A stretch of 64,000 nt of DNA from Lama guanicoe (GCA_013239625.1 MU054338.1:6984724-7048723); one strand, 5' to 3'. Positions 1-13,344 are shown, numbered from the stretch's first letter. The notes: generated by a model from the letters alone, not told the origin. Translations and numbers: made by a program.

Positions 1-200
1 TTACCCCAGGCTTAGCTCTGAGGGCTGGTTGGGTTATAGGACATTAGACAGAGCTCCTTCTCTCTTGGGATGCCCCACTCCCACCCCAACCCGTGCCTTC
101 TCCCAGGTAAGGGGCTGGGGGCTTAAGGCTACCCTGTTTTTAAAACGGACCTGGAACTTGTTTCAATCACACATAATAAGGTGACAGACACAGAGACAAC

Positions 201-757
201 TGTCGTATGGTTGTTAGCATAACTGACACCATCTTGCGCCCATAGAGTTCCTCCTGTCCTTCCACTGACCTTACTCAGGGCTGCCCTGTGCAGTAAATCA
301 CTTCGCTGACATCAAGGGCTTTGAAGCTAACAGGTACTGTTTAATAATCATTAGGGTCGGGTGGCCTCTCTGCTCTGTTAGTCCCCACACAATGATGAAA
401 ACCTTTGCTGACGTATTCCTGGTGCCCACGAAGCGAGTTACCCATTCATAAATCTTAACTTAGGAATGCATGTCCCGTTTCCAAGCATCCACCCTCATAC
501 CCTAGTTTAACTACAGTTTACTATAGTTATACTATAAACTAGTTTAACTATAATATTGTCCCAGTGGCCCTTGGGAGTGCGGAGTGCAGCTATGAATTCT
601 TCCAGATTGTTGTCTTGGTGTCTGCCCAATCCCATCCTGTCAGTAAGTTACTTTATAATAAAGTGGTCCATTGATTATATGAAGCTGCCTGCCTCATGTA
701 TTGGTCTCAAGATGCCTTCTCATTTCAGTGGTCACTTTTCCTTCCCTCCATCCTCCA
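201..757 (+). mobile_element. Solo ERV LTR nested in an older LTR relic
   Basis: Begins TG (201) and ends CA (757), flanked by ACAAC at 196-200 and 758-762; AATAAA at ~657. The flanks (170-200, 763-1240) read as one interrupted older LTR-like element. Confidence 0.6.
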
Positions 758-1477
758 ACAACTGTCTTTTAAAGACAGGCTTATTACTTAGAGTTCCCAA
801 GAGGAGGGGGCCTGCCACGTCATGCAGGGCCACCCGGGAAGGCACTAGGACTAGTAAGGGGAATGCATGGACCAGAGCCTTTATAATGGTTTTTGCTGGA
901 AGGAATGAGTGAGGCAGGGGAGGCCAGCTGAGCTAGCTTAGAGTGGGATACTTTGAATAATTTCAGTGGGTTCTAGGCTCCACAGATGGTCCCTAGTTGC
1001 CTGTTTCCTGGTCCTGAGCTGATTCAGGGCAGAGGGATATTGGTTTAATGTGCTAGAGGTAGATTAGATAAAGAAGGTGGCGGGCTTGGTTGGTCTGTGT
1101 ATGACAGGTGGGTTCCTAGGCAAGTAGTTTGCTGTCTCTAGGGACTAGCTAACCCCGGAAGGGGTGGTCCTTCCCCAGGTTTGCAAGGCCTAAGATGTCA
1201 AAGCATCATAAAGTACAAAAAAATACAAAACGTGATTAATACACCCTCCCGCAAAAGTAAAGGATACTCACTAGAGCTGACATTTATTGAGTGCTTATTA
1301 CACATCAGGCATGGTGTTCAGTCCTTCATGTACAGACTCCTATCAGCAGCCCAGTGAGACGGCACAGAGGAAACAGGCACAGAGAAGTTAAGTTGCCCAA
1401 AGCCACACAACCAGTGAAGTAGCAGAATGTGAGTGATCTCATTCCATAACCTTTAAAAAATTTTGGGGTTTTTTTCT

Positions 1478-1605
1478 GGGGGGGGTAATTAGGTTTATTT
1501 ATTTGTTTGTTTATTTACTTTTTTATTTAATGGAGGTACTGGGGATTGAACCCAGGACCTCATGCATTCTAGGCATCTGCTCTACCACGGAGCTATACCC
1601 TCCCC
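1478..1605 (-). mobile_element. Camelid tRNA-Ala-derived SINE (Vic-1 type)
   Basis: Reverse complement of GGGGAGGGTATAGCTC..GGTAGAG..GGTCCTGGGTTCAATCCCCAGTACCTCC plus an AAAT-rich tail and CCTAATTACC. Confidence 0.85.
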
Positions 1606-2300
1606 TCTTATTCCACAAACTTAACCATCACGTGAAGTTGCTTTGTTGACTTATAACAGTGTCTGAAAGGATGGCCCAGTAACTGTACCCCATTAGACAA
1701 CATTTTTTTAGTGTATTGAGGCATAATTAATGTATAACAAACCACGTGTTTAAGTAATTTGATGACTTTTGACTGGAGTACTCTCGTATAACCATCACCA
1801 CAATCAAGATAATAACATTTTCCATCACCCCCAAAGTTTCCCTGTGGCCCCCTCATAACCCTCCCTCCGTTCCTGTCCCCAGGCAACCAACTACTGATCT
1901 CCTTTCTGTCACTATAGGTTATTTTTGCTGTTCCTAGAATTTTGTGCAAATGGTATCACATGGTGTGTAATTTTGGGGGTCTGTGGGAGGGGTCTTGTTT
2001 CATTCACTCCCCATAACAATTGTGAGTTTTATCCAGATTGTGGCAGGGATCAGTCATTTGTCCCTGAGTAGTGCTCTATCACAGGACTATGCACAATCTG
2101 TTATCCATTCATCTATGGATGGTTATTTGTGTTTAAACCTATACTTTTTGGTTAAAAAGAAACTTTCCTATCGTTGAAAATAATACATGCTTATAAAGAA
2201 TTTTAACATTATGGAAAGTGAATCTATTTCTAACCCCAGGCCCCAGAGGGAATCACTGTGAAAAGTTTGGCCTTATAATCTTCTAAAACTCTCTTTGTCT

Positions 2301-3326
2301 TGTTGACTGAAAACAAAAAGGTACAACGTGAGAGCTGTGAGTTAAGTTTGGTTTGGGGCCTACTGAGGACGCTAGCTCAGGAGACAGACTCTCAGACAGC
2401 TCTGAGGAACTGCTCCCAAGACGTAGGGAAGGAGGGCAGTATATTTATGGTTTTAGTGAAGGGGGATATGTGCAACCCAGTACAATTTTGCTAGAGGATT
2501 GCTGCTCATCATGAGGAGCCAATGTCACTGTTAATGATTTCAGTGCTTTTCTAAATATGAAAAGATGCAAGAATTTGGGCCGATAAAATCTTGCCTTGAA
2601 AATATCTAACTATCTGAAAGGCTTGTTCTGCCAGTTTTCCCCAGAGCACAGAATACCTCACCCCTGATCTCCACCCTGAACTCCTTTCAGAGTGTGTTGA
2701 AGGTCAGCGACTGCAGTGACTCGTGACTTCATCCTTGTAGAACCAGAGAGCAAATAACAATTTTTAGTCAGTGGTCTATTGTGGGGACTTTGGACAAAAA
2801 AACAATCAGTGGCATCTCTTCCTTTTCCTTCTGAGTCTGAGACCAGGCACAGGAATTCCAACTGCGCAGGACCCTGTGGGGCCTTCCCGGGACAGACCCC
2901 TCCCCCGTGTCCTCTGTTACAGCTCCTTTCTGAAGCACCCAGATAACAGTATCTCAGGTCTATTTCCTGAGTTTTTCAGGTGCTAAAAACCGCCACCAAA
3001 TGAACTGCTTGATGATCACGAGCATGTGGCCCGTAGACCTTCTGGCGCCTAGGGATTGAGTGTTGACCGCCCTACCCTGTTATCTCAGCATCAGCCAATC
3101 AGAGAACTGTGCACGAGCAGATCACATGCCTGTAACCCTCCTCTCCCTTACGTGGCCTTTAATATGCTTTGCTGAAATTCTTCGGGGACTTTGGAGTTTT
3201 CTTGGGTACGAGCCATTCCATCCTCCTTGTTCAGCCCTACAATAAACCTGTCTTTGCTCCAAATTCCGATGTTTCAGTGTGTTTGGCCTCAGGTACATTG
3301 GGCACACGAACTTGTGTTCAGTAACA
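2301..3326. mobile_element. Adjacent or nested ERV LTRs (~2301-2770 minus-like; ~2771-3326 plus)
   Basis: TG start at 2301; the second LTR has AATAAA at 3241 and ends ...GTAACA at ~3326; 2330-2760 is similar to 57690-58100. Confidence 0.6.
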
Positions 3327-3924
3327 TACTCAATGAAAACATTAGCTTTGTGACCAATAAAAGCCAGCCTGGAGCATGTGACTTCACTCTGCAGCCCAGT
3401 GGGCTTTCTGACACTTCACTCCTAAATTTGCCAGGCCTACTCGGGCACGGCACAGCTGGTCAACCACAAGTCTCCTCTGGATGCTTACTGCATGGCCCCG
3501 GCCTGATCAAAAGGCCCTCTTTCTGGGGTCCAGCAGACTCCAAAAGGCAGAGAGAAAGGGTATGAACTGTTCAAATTCAGTTCCTTCTTCCAAACCCACC
3601 AGTGAGATAAAATGTGTGGGTTTGTATGTGCAGAGAGGGGTCGGGACTGCCACTTCAGCTGAAATTCCCACCACTTGGACGCAGGATGCCGGAGGAACGC
3701 AGTTTCTTCCTTAACGCAGACTAAAATAAATGCTCATCTGTTTTGTGTTGATTTCAGCTTATTGACAGGGATGCTATCAGCTAAGGATGCTGGGGCCCTC
3801 ATCTGGGCCCAGACTACTTGTGGCGAGTCCCCAAGGACATTTCCCCAACCTGAATCAATGCTTTGTGGCTGGACTGGCCCTTGGGGTTCTTGTTATGATA
3901 GTGACGAAATAAAATTATTTTAAG

Positions 3925-4398
3925 GCTGAACAAGAAACAGTTTAAACATAAGATTCTCTCTCCGCCCACGTGGGCCACTACCTCCTCCCCTTTGTGTGCA
4001 AAGTGCATCGGCATTATACATTAGCCAGACCTCCTTAGAAGACACGGGCATACCTGCTCCACTGTGAAGAGCAATTTTCTCCCGGCACCAGCAAGGTAAC
4101 TCCTTAGGAGATAACATTCCTTTCTCAATCCTGTAAAAGGTCACAGTGACCCAGTATTAACCTTGTACATGCAGATCTGGACTATGTAAATTCTCAGCAC
4201 GTCTCTTTGATGCATAACCCTTTGTCTCGAAAAACGTATGTAGCTGTGCTTTGACCTCTAATGGCTGAAACAGTCCTCAGAGCTTTCTGAAAGATAATTC
4301 TGAAAATTATCTCCTGGGTTATAATCCTCAAATTGGCTTGATTAAAATTCTCTACTTCTTTCTTCGGTTGTCTACTAAATACTTTTCTTTGGTTGACA
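3925..4398 (+). mobile_element. ERV LTR
   Basis: LTR-like composition, ATTAAA-type signal near 4341, ends ...GGTTGACA; its 3' part is reverse-similar to the 2301 LTR start. Confidence 0.5.
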
Positions 4399-4791
4399 AT
4401 TGCAAGATGCAGCTCAGCAACAATCATCAGGGAACTTTGAAAAAAATAAGGTTTTAGATAAACACTAAGGTCCTACTGTATAGCACAGGGAACTATAATC
4501 AATATCTTGTAATAACCTATAATGAAAAAGAATGTATATAATTGAATCGCTGCGCTGTACACGAGCTTACACAACATTGTAAATCAACTATACTTCAATT
4601 TAAAAAAAGGAAAAGAAAAAACAAGGATTGCTAATCATAGGTCCTAGAAGGTACAGGGTGCATGTCCAAGGACTCAGAGAGAGAGAGACGAAACCCAGAC
4701 CTGGGTTCTGTCTTTACTGGGGCCAAGCATGGGGTGCCTAGTATTTTGAGGGTTCACTCTTTATTGCATAAAGGGACTTCTTCTAAATGAG

Positions 4792-5211
4792 TGCAAGAAA
4801 TCGGTTAGAACCTGCTCCGTAGCGAGGACTTAACCAGACATGATCCAATGCTCATTGTAATATAATTGACATTGTGGCTTAGGCTCCCCCCACCCATGGG
4901 TTTTTCTGTATTCACCATGGGTAAGGACGTGGGCAAAGGGGCCAAACAAGACTCAGCATCCCCAGGGCAAGAGCTGTCAATCAATCAAAAGACCACCCCT
5001 ACGCGAGGGTATCATTGAAAGGGCAGGAAAAGACCTCTGCTTTCCCGGCTTGGGTCAGCCCACCTCCCTGTTCTTGGAGGTGTACTTTGCTTGTCCTAAA
5101 TAAATCCTTTAAAATCTTTTGCTACACAATGCACTCCATCTCCCATCTGTAATCTTATCTTTTGGGTATGATAAGAACGGGGGTCTTTTCCCATTTCCTT
5201 TTGGGCTAACA
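4792..5211 (+). mobile_element. ERV solo LTR
   Basis: AATAAA ~5099 followed by a U5-like segment ending ...GGGCTAACA. Confidence 0.5.
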
Positions 5212-7206
5212 GAACTAGGGTGCAGGAAGAGAAAAGTAGAATCACTCAAGCATTCCATTATCTAGGCTCCCCGGGGCTCTCTAAAAGGAGACCTTCATGG
5301 ATAGGGCAGATTCATTTCTGTCTGGTTGTTCAGCTAATAAATGTGTTATGCAGTTGGTAATAGATTTACTTGAGATGCATGTTTTGAAACAGATGCCGCA
5401 GCTCTCAAAAGCCAGTGGCACAGTGTCAGTCACTGACCCTGCACTTCCTTAAATGCAAAGACATTCCCTGAGCTTCTTGGGGAGAAACTCACTCCCCTAA
5501 CAAAAGAAGAGGATTTCTGCCTAACTGTTAAGACGCTTGCAGATCTGGCTGGGGTGTTCTCTCGCTTGCCATAATCCTTTTGAATGTAGTCTCTCTTTAC
5601 CAACGTCCAGAATTAGTTTTAGTCGACAAGGCAAAACAAACAAACAAAAATCCGCAGTCATTCTTGACTCCTCGCCCCCTAATCTTCACATCAAATCCAC
5701 CAGCAGACAGTCATCAGTTCTGCCTTCATTCTAGCATCAGAGCACTGTCCCACTCCTTCCATCCTCCCCTGCCACCCTCGTCCAGAGCTCTCCATCTGTC
5801 ATTGGGATTATTGCCTTAAGTTTTTTGTTTGTTTGTTTATTGCCTTAATGTTCTAATTGTCCTCCCTGATTCTATCTTTGCTTCCGCACAGTCAAACAAA
5901 AGACAAAGATCTTTTAAAAATATACATCAGATAACATTGCTCCTGTAGCTCAAAACCGTTCAGGGGCTCCCCACTGCACTCAGAGTCAAATCCAAAATTG
6001 TTAGTTGCCCAGATGGCCCTATATGATCTGACTCTGTTACTTCTTTGACTTCATTTCCTGCTAGTCTCCATTCTACCCAATTTACTTCAACAATTTCAGA
6101 CACTGTGCTTCTACTGTTGGTTAAAGAGGCCAAATCTTTCCTGCCTCAGGGCCTTTGAACTTGCTGTTCATGCTTCCCCCATAAATTCACAGACATTCCT
6201 TGAATTCCTTCATCTTGATTGCTGGAGCTGAAGTAAAAATACTGTGTCTAGATAACTGTGGGCCTTAGTTTTTCTCATCTGCCAAATTGCTGCTCTCCCC
6301 ACTCAAAAGGCACTAGAAATTGTTAAAACCTAAAGGCATAGTGAGAAGGGAAAATGCTTTTTTAAAATGAGACTTTCCAATAGGGAAGGAACATTTTATG
6401 GTTGGTTTTAAGAGCAGCTGTTTGGGATAGAATGTAATACCCTTGATCACCAGCAGATGGAAGCACATCATCAGATTTATCATGCAAATGATAACTTCGT
6501 AACAGGAATTAAGAGAAGTTGCTAACATTTGTATTCCTCTATAGCATTCATAAGAGGAAAAACGAAAGGAATGCATAGGTGTTGGGTATCAACTTTATCA
6601 GCTGGATACGCCAATTTACATCTATGATTTAAAACAGTATATCCCTCATTTCTCAGAATTCCCCAGTAATAATCAAACGGGAAATGAAACGAAAATTTGA
6701 ATGTACGTATGTATAGTGTCTAGGAGTGAACCTACTAGATATAATCCACTTAAGAAGAAAAATTTAAACATTAACATCTTAAGAAGGAACAGGATAAACA
6801 GAAGATGATCCGTTTGTGGACAGATAGCCTTCCTAAGCCTGGTGTTCCGTTGTCTACGTGGAGAAAAGGAGCAAGAAAAGCTTTTTCGGATAGCCTGAGG
6901 ACTGGTCAACCAGAAGTGAGGCCCCGCCCCCATACCTGGAACCCGCCCCTAGCTCGGACCGCGAGGCGGGAGTCCGTCTTAGCCCCGCCCACAGGTCCTG
7001 TACCTGCTCCCAGCCTCGGCCTTCTAGGATTGACCTTCAACCCTAGTCACGCCCCCCCAGGCCTTATCTCCGCCCAGGCCACGCCCTCCAAAACAGCTCT
7101 CCCCTCTAGTTCTGCCCCCTTTTCAACAGAAAACTGGCATGGAAATAGGCAATTTATCGATGAGCAAATATAGTAACCATAATATTAAAGACTGATCATT
7201 TGGACT

Positions 7207-8345
7207 TGTAAACCTGAAAAATAAAACAGCAGGTTATTTTACTAGCAATTTTTTTTGTTTGTTTGAGAATGGCAGAGAATTGTAATTTGGGACAAGCAGG
7301 CTATGATGAATCACAGGCAAGTCTGGAGAACAAAAGAGAAGGGCTTGCTTTGGTTAGGTTTTAGGAGAAAATTGGGGAGGGTTGTTCCAAACAAAAGTTT
7401 CTTGGAGAAGAACATTGTTTCTCATTGGCTGAAAGTGGTGGTTAGAGCAAGTGGCCGGGGCAGGGAGGTGTTGGCCTGAAACAAAGCGACTGCCAGGTAT
7501 TTCTCCAGAAAAGATGGGTTTACTTTGGATTAGCAGAGAATTGCAGTTGGGCGCGGGCAACCATGGCGAGCCACGCGCAAGTCACTGCATGTCAAGCGAA
7601 GGAGAATGCTTTTACAGAGCGGAAATGAAAGTTGGGAGGGGCTATAGTAAACAAAGAGTTCAGGCCTTACACTGACTGAGTCCTTGCCGAGAAAGGAGTC
7701 TTTCTTCTTCCTTTTGGGCTCTGCAATCAATGCAAGTCATGAGAGCGCCCCCTTCTGTTCTCCTGACTCTATTTATTTATTTATTGTTTTTAAAATTTTT
7801 TAATTCAGGCAACTTTGGTTTATAGCAGTATTCATGTTTCATGTTTACAACATCATATTTTGACTTCTGTATACACTACAGCCTGCTTAAAACCCAAAGT
7901 TTAATTTCTACTTGTCACCATACAGTTGACTCCCTTTATTCTTTCTCCCCTCTCCCATCCCCTCTTTGCCTCTGGTAACCACTACTCTAATCTCTTCATC
8001 TATGGGTTTGTTTTTGCTTGATTTGTTCATTTATTTGGTTGTTTTTATTTATATTCTACATATGAGCGAAATCATATGGGATTTGTCTTCCTCCGTCTGA
8101 CTTATTTCACTTAGCATAAGACCCTCAAGTTCCATCCACGTTGTCGAAAATGGCAGGATTTCACCCTTTTTTAAAATGATCCAGTAATGTTCCATTGTAT
8201 ATATACGTCACATCTTCTTTATCTCCTTTTGATAAGGAGGAAGTGTTTACTCTTTAGCTCTTTAAAATGTATTAACAAAATGTTTATCAAATATATTGCT
8301 TTCCAATTCTATTTAATTGAGGTTTCTGTTTATTAATTTTTTACA
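7207..8345 (-). mobile_element. ERV LTR interrupted by an L1 3' fragment (~7770-8225)
   Basis: TGTAAA start and ...TTTTACA end; the internal part has classic L1 3'UTR text (ctctggtaaccac, gacttatttcacttagcataa). Confidence 0.55.
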
Positions 8346-8989
8346 CTGGAATCTTCCTTCCTTTTTTTTTAACAAGCAAGAAGTAAAATTCGTATGTGAA
8401 AAATGTCTTCCTTTGCACCAAAAGAAAAGTAATATTTTTATTTTCCTTCTTCTTGCTATCTATGCAGGCTCAAAGAAGTGGTAGGTGAGTGAAAGCTCTC
8501 AATTTAGGGCTTTCCAACTCCATTTAAAATGAGACTTTCTTTATTTAATTTCACAGGCTATACTAAAAAAACTCTTAACCAAAGAGACATCATTAAGAAA
8601 GGGAAAAGTAAGCTATAATGAGGGATAAGATATTTGCAACATATATATTTGAAAAGTACTACTGTTCGGAATAAGTGAATACATTCTGCAAAGCATAAGA
8701 AAAAGACAAATGTTCAGAAGAAAGTGGGCAACAGCCTTGAGTAGACACAAAAAAGTTCCAAACAATAAAAGATGCTCAGTATCAGTGATCAGTGAAATGG
8801 AAATAAATCCACCCTGAGATGCTGGTATACACTAACAGAGTGTTGAAATTCAAAGGTTGACAATATCAAGTATGGGGAAATTTTGGAATGACAGGAATGC
8901 TCATACATCAGTGGGAGTGCAAATTTTTACAATCGTATTCCTTCTAACCAATACAATATGATTATATGCAATATGCAAGAGAATATGGC

Positions 8990-9332
8990 AGAGATGATGG
9001 GATGTCATTCTTATAATTATATTGTATTATATAAAACTTGCTAGCTGACTTTTTCTAATCTTTCTTTCTCTGTTGCTGGCATTGAAGAAGCAAGCTCTCG
9101 TGAATCATACAGTCAAAAGGAAAATAATTCTGCCAATAACCTGATGGAGCTTAGAAGCAGATTCTTCTGCAGCTGAATCTCTGGTCAAGATCCACCCCTG
9201 GGTGATATCTGAATTACAGCCTTGTAAAACCCTAACCCAGAGAACCCAGCTAACCCACAGAAACTGAGATAATATGTGTTGTTGTAAGATAATATGTCTG
9301 GTAATTTGTTACACCGTATAGAAAACTAATAC
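8990..9332 (+). mobile_element. MaLR LTR (MLT1-type) inside an old L1 relic
   Basis: gaagcagattcttc, acagaaactgagataata and ...gaaaactaataca motifs typical of MLT1. Confidence 0.6.
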
Positions 9333-9471
9333 AATCCATTTGGAGAACAAATCTGTTATAGTAGAAGATATGCATGTCCAAGGACCCTGTAATTCCACTC
9401 TTTGGAATGTACACAACAGGTATGTTTGCACATGACTGCCAAAAATATGCACAGGAATATTCATACAGGGC

Positions 9472-9560
9472 GGGAGAGTATAGCTCAGTGGTAGAGTGCA
9501 TGCTTAGCATGCATGAGGTCCTGGGTTCAATCCTCAGTACCACCATTAAAAACAAAGAAG
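9472..9560 (+). mobile_element. Camelid tRNA-Ala-derived SINE
   Basis: GTATAGCTCAGTGGTAGAGTGCATGCTTAGCATGCATGAGGTCCTGGGTTCAATCC. Confidence 0.85.
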
Positions 9561-10532
9561 AATAGTCTTACCAGCAATATGAAATCGTCCTAAACTTGAA
9601 CCAATTTAAAGTCCGCCATCACTGATATGGGTAAATACATTGTGGTGTACACAATACAATGTAATACCATACATTAATTATCATGAATGAACTCAAGTAT
9701 ACAGATAGTATGGCATGAATCTCACAATGTTAAGTGAAAGTAAATTTTAAAGAAACTTGTATGATTCCATTTCTATAATACTCAAAAACAGGAAAAATCA
9801 AACTGTATTATTAGGAACGAATCCTTAGGTAGTAAAAGTATAAAGAAAGGCAAGAAAGTGATTTCCATAAAAGTCAGAGATATTGCTACCTCTTGGGTGG
9901 GGAGCTAAGGATTTGCAATGGAGAAGGGACATGTGAGATTTCTAAGGTTGTGGGGATTTTCATTTAAAAAGTATTCATCACAGTATAAATTTGTTTTGTC
10001 CTTTTCTGATGTTGTATTTCTTGTTTTTAAAAAAGATTTTAAAAATAGATGATTGAAGTAATCTCCACCAAATGCAATTTGGAAACGTGCTAGAAATATT
10101 CCAATGTGGCACTGACATATAACGTTTTCTTGTATATATTTGTTCTTCCATCTGTCCTCCTCCACAATTGAAATAAAAGTTCTGTTTAGGTATGATTCAA
10201 ACATTCCCTAAATGAATGAATGAAAGGAAAAGAATTATGGAGGGAAGTGATGGTAATGACATAAAACCAACAAATTATAAATAAATAAAAGATATAAACA
10301 TGTGCATACCTAAAGAGTGTCAAATTCCACTACTGTTTATCACACAAAACTGGATAGTTTTAAATAAAGTCAACAGTCCCAAGATTAATATACAAATGTA
10401 AGACAAGTTCAAAGATAATATTGAAAAACTTCTGAGCATGGACAGGTAAGTTTATAAATAAAGAGTAGTGAAGACAGATGTATCAGTTATCTACTGCTGT
10501 GTAACAAACCATTTTGAAACTTAGTACCTCCT

Positions 10533-10719
10533 CAAGATTATACTGTATAGCACAGGGAAATATATACAAGATCTTGTGGTAGCTCACAGCGAAAAAGAAT
10601 GTGACAATGAATATATGTATGTTCATGTATAACTGAAAAATTGTGCTCTACACTGGAATTTGACACAATATTGTAAAATGACTATAACACAATAAAAAAT
10701 GTTAAAAAAAAAAGAGAAA
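10533..10719 (+). mobile_element. 5'-truncated young L1 3' end with 17-bp TSD
   Basis: TSD GAAACTTAGTACCTCCT at 10516-10532 and 10720-10736; ctgtatagcacaggga...AATAAA...poly-A. Confidence 0.85.
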
Positions 10720-10754
10720 GAAACTTAGTACCTCCTTGTACTGGACTGCACGAG

Positions 10755-11510
10755 CTCAGAGCGGGAAAATAAACACTCGTTGAGCCTCCCGCTGCCTGGC
10801 GGGGCCGCGGTAAGCGCGAGACCCGCCCAACAGACAGCCGTCCTCCCGCCTGGCCCCGCCCCCAGGCTCTCTATTGGCGCTTACCGGGCAGGGCCCAACG
10901 GCGGCCTGTGCGAGGACGCTAGGACTTCTCAGCCAGAAGCTAGAGGCCGCGCCGCCTCGGGCGCTCCTAGGTCGGCCCCGGAGCCTTTCCACCTTCCAGG
11001 GAGGTGCAGCGGGCGTCCCCAGGAGCGGCCATCTTTCCTGCCTCTGGCACCAGTGAGCAGCACCCCACTCAGGAGGGCGGAGTCTCGGCGAGGGCCGCGA
11101 GTAGGTGCTCCGGGGGGCGGGGTCTCGGGTCGGTCCGGGAGACGCAGCTCGGGCGGGCGGGGTCTGGGCGAGGGCGGGGAGAACGGGCTCGAAGGGCCGA
11201 GATCTAGGCGATGGCGGGGCCGTGGAGCTCCAGGGGGCGGGGCCTCGGCGTGAGCGGGGAGACGAGGCTCTAGGGGGTGTGGTCTGGGGGAGGTCTGGGC
11301 GGGGGCGGGACCCTGGAGCTCCGGAGGCGGGGTCTCGCGGGGCTGGGAGGCGGGCTGTCGTTGACCCGGTCTGCGTCCTTCCGTCCTCGTGACCTGGGCG
11401 TTTCGTCGGTTTCTCGGGTAAGGGGCACCAGTGAAATTTACGTCAAGGAGGTCCCTCTCTGCCCTCGTACAAGAGAATTTTACCCGTGGCTTTTGCTTTC
11501 GTGAGCGGCA
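10755..11510 (+). promoter_or_regulatory. CpG-island promoter and first exon of the ZNF177-like gene
   Basis: Very CpG-rich; GC boxes, ATTGG box ~10873; strong donor CGG|GTAAGG at 11418; about 5 kb upstream of the coding exons. Confidence 0.75.
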
Positions 11511-12586
11511 TTGAGGTGAGGTTTTAAGATACACTTTTTTTTCCAGTTATTTTTGTTTGATAAATTCGTTTGGGAAATTACTTTCTCAGGATTCTAGGCT
11601 GAGTGTAAATAAGTAAGTGTGATAAAGAAAAATGAAACGAAAGAGGAGAACTGAAAACGTAAATAACAGGTCTGAAAATTAAAGTAAGATTACTCGGCTC
11701 TCTACTTCTCATGTCAGCTCCAACTCACATTCAGAGGCTGTGATCGTGGCAGTTTTAAAATACAGGCATCTCCTAATATAATTAAATGGATTTTGGTGCC
11801 ATATACTTGTAGTTAAAGCGTGATAGAAATCTAAAGTATAAGTGAAATATATGAGGTTGTATATATTAAAAACATGGCTCTCCAGGAAAAAGCAGGAAAC
11901 AGTTTTCCTAATATTAGTAGAAGAAATTCGAAATTACTTACTTAAAACAAGATGTGTGTTTGATCAAGTGGTTTTTTTTGTTTTTTCAGTGAAGTTTAAA
12001 ACTCACAGGTGAGATACTGGAGGAAAAATAATTCTGGAGGAAATTAAGCAACATAGACTCCTTGTTTCTGAAAATATTTCTCACATCTTACCTTTTTAAG
12101 AATTTTTCTTAAAAAGTTTCAGAAATAACACTGGCTTATATCGTGGACAGGTATTTAAATCAATTCCTGTGTTAATGTTTGTATTGTATCTATATTGGAT
12201 TATTGGATGTGTGCACTCTCTCAGGGCACTCAGCAAAACTCATTGGGTGCTTGGGTTGAGCCACACGGGTTTTTGCACGGGCACAGGAACAATCAAAAAA
12301 GCCACAGTGCTGTCCCCACAGAAATAGAACAGAAACAGACTATTTAGAGCGGAAACAGTTATGAAACCGGTGTGGGGGCCTATAACAAACAGGAGAGCTT
12401 AATTACCATGGACAGACAGGGAAAGCCTATTAGGTGCTGATATCTAAATACTGAAAATAAATTGGATTGAGATGGGCAGAGGCCGTGGAAGGAGGAGGTT
12501 TGAGAAGTGGAAAAAAGTGCAGAATCCCAGAAGCAAGGCAGAGCTTTGTGTGTTCCCCGTTGATTACTAGGGCGGAGTGGGGTGGA

Positions 12587-12684
12587 GGGGTGGCTATGGC
12601 TTGATGGCAGAGTGCATGCTTAGCATGCACAGAGCCCTGGGTTCAATCCCCAGTACCTTCATTAAAAAAAAAAGTTAAAAAAAA
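12587..12684 (+). mobile_element. Camelid SINE inserted in an LTR (LTR ~12130-12825)
   Basis: GAGTGCATGCTTAGCATGCAC..CCCTGGGTTCAATCCCCAGTACC plus poly-A; the host LTR matches 41167-41460. Confidence 0.8.
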
Positions 12685-13155
12685 GATCATTAATTACTGA
12701 GATCTGTTCTAGGGCAAGCATTGTGGCCACAGTTAGATCACAAAATGGCTTCTCTTTGGTCAAGAAAGCCATGCTTGGTTCTCTTTCTTGGGGGACACCC
12801 CCTGCCCCACCCTGTCTGCTTACAGCAGGACTAGTTGGGACTTTCAGGAAATTGGAATTTACTGAAGAGTTTGAAGTAGGGATGTGATGTGATTTGATTT
12901 GTGATTTAGCTAGAACCTCCTAGCTCCTGGATTGGGAATAGACTTCAGGAAGCACTAGAGAAAGCATGGTGGCAAGAAAGTAAGTCTAGGAACAGCTGTG
13001 AGGTAGGAAAGAAGTAAAAGGATTTGAAAGAAGTATAGCAAATGGCATTAGAGGACTGGGTCGCTCCTTCATTTACTTAGTCATTTATTTACTGAAGGTG
13101 GAAGAGCGCTCCTTCAGTCTGTTAATGTTGTGAATTCCATTAACTGTTTTTCTGC

Positions 13156-13278
13156 GGGTGGGGGGTGTTAATTAGGTTTATTTATTTGTTTGTGTTTTTT
13201 AATGAAAGTACTGGGGATTGTACCCAGAACCTCATGTGTGCTGGGCAAGCACTCTACCACTGCACTGTACCCTCCCCA
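13156..13278 (-). mobile_element. Camelid SINE
   Basis: Reverse SINE body; CCATTAACTG flanks on both sides. Confidence 0.8.
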
Positions 13279-13344
13279 GCCATTAACTGGTTTTTAAAAA
13301 ATACTAAACCTGACTTGGATCCCTATATAATCTTTAAAAAAATT

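Noticed and set aside
9472..9545. tRNA-Ala(AGC) gene (also 50425, 63070 and others)
   Set aside because: About 18 diverged copies with A-rich tails, TSDs and broken stems; these are SINEs, not tRNAs.
10756..11534. Overlapping 150-200 aa ORFs in the CpG island (also at 30 kb, 42 kb, 57 kb and 63.5 kb)
   Set aside because: Low-complexity Gly/Arg/Pro frames expected in GC-rich DNA; no recognisable domains.
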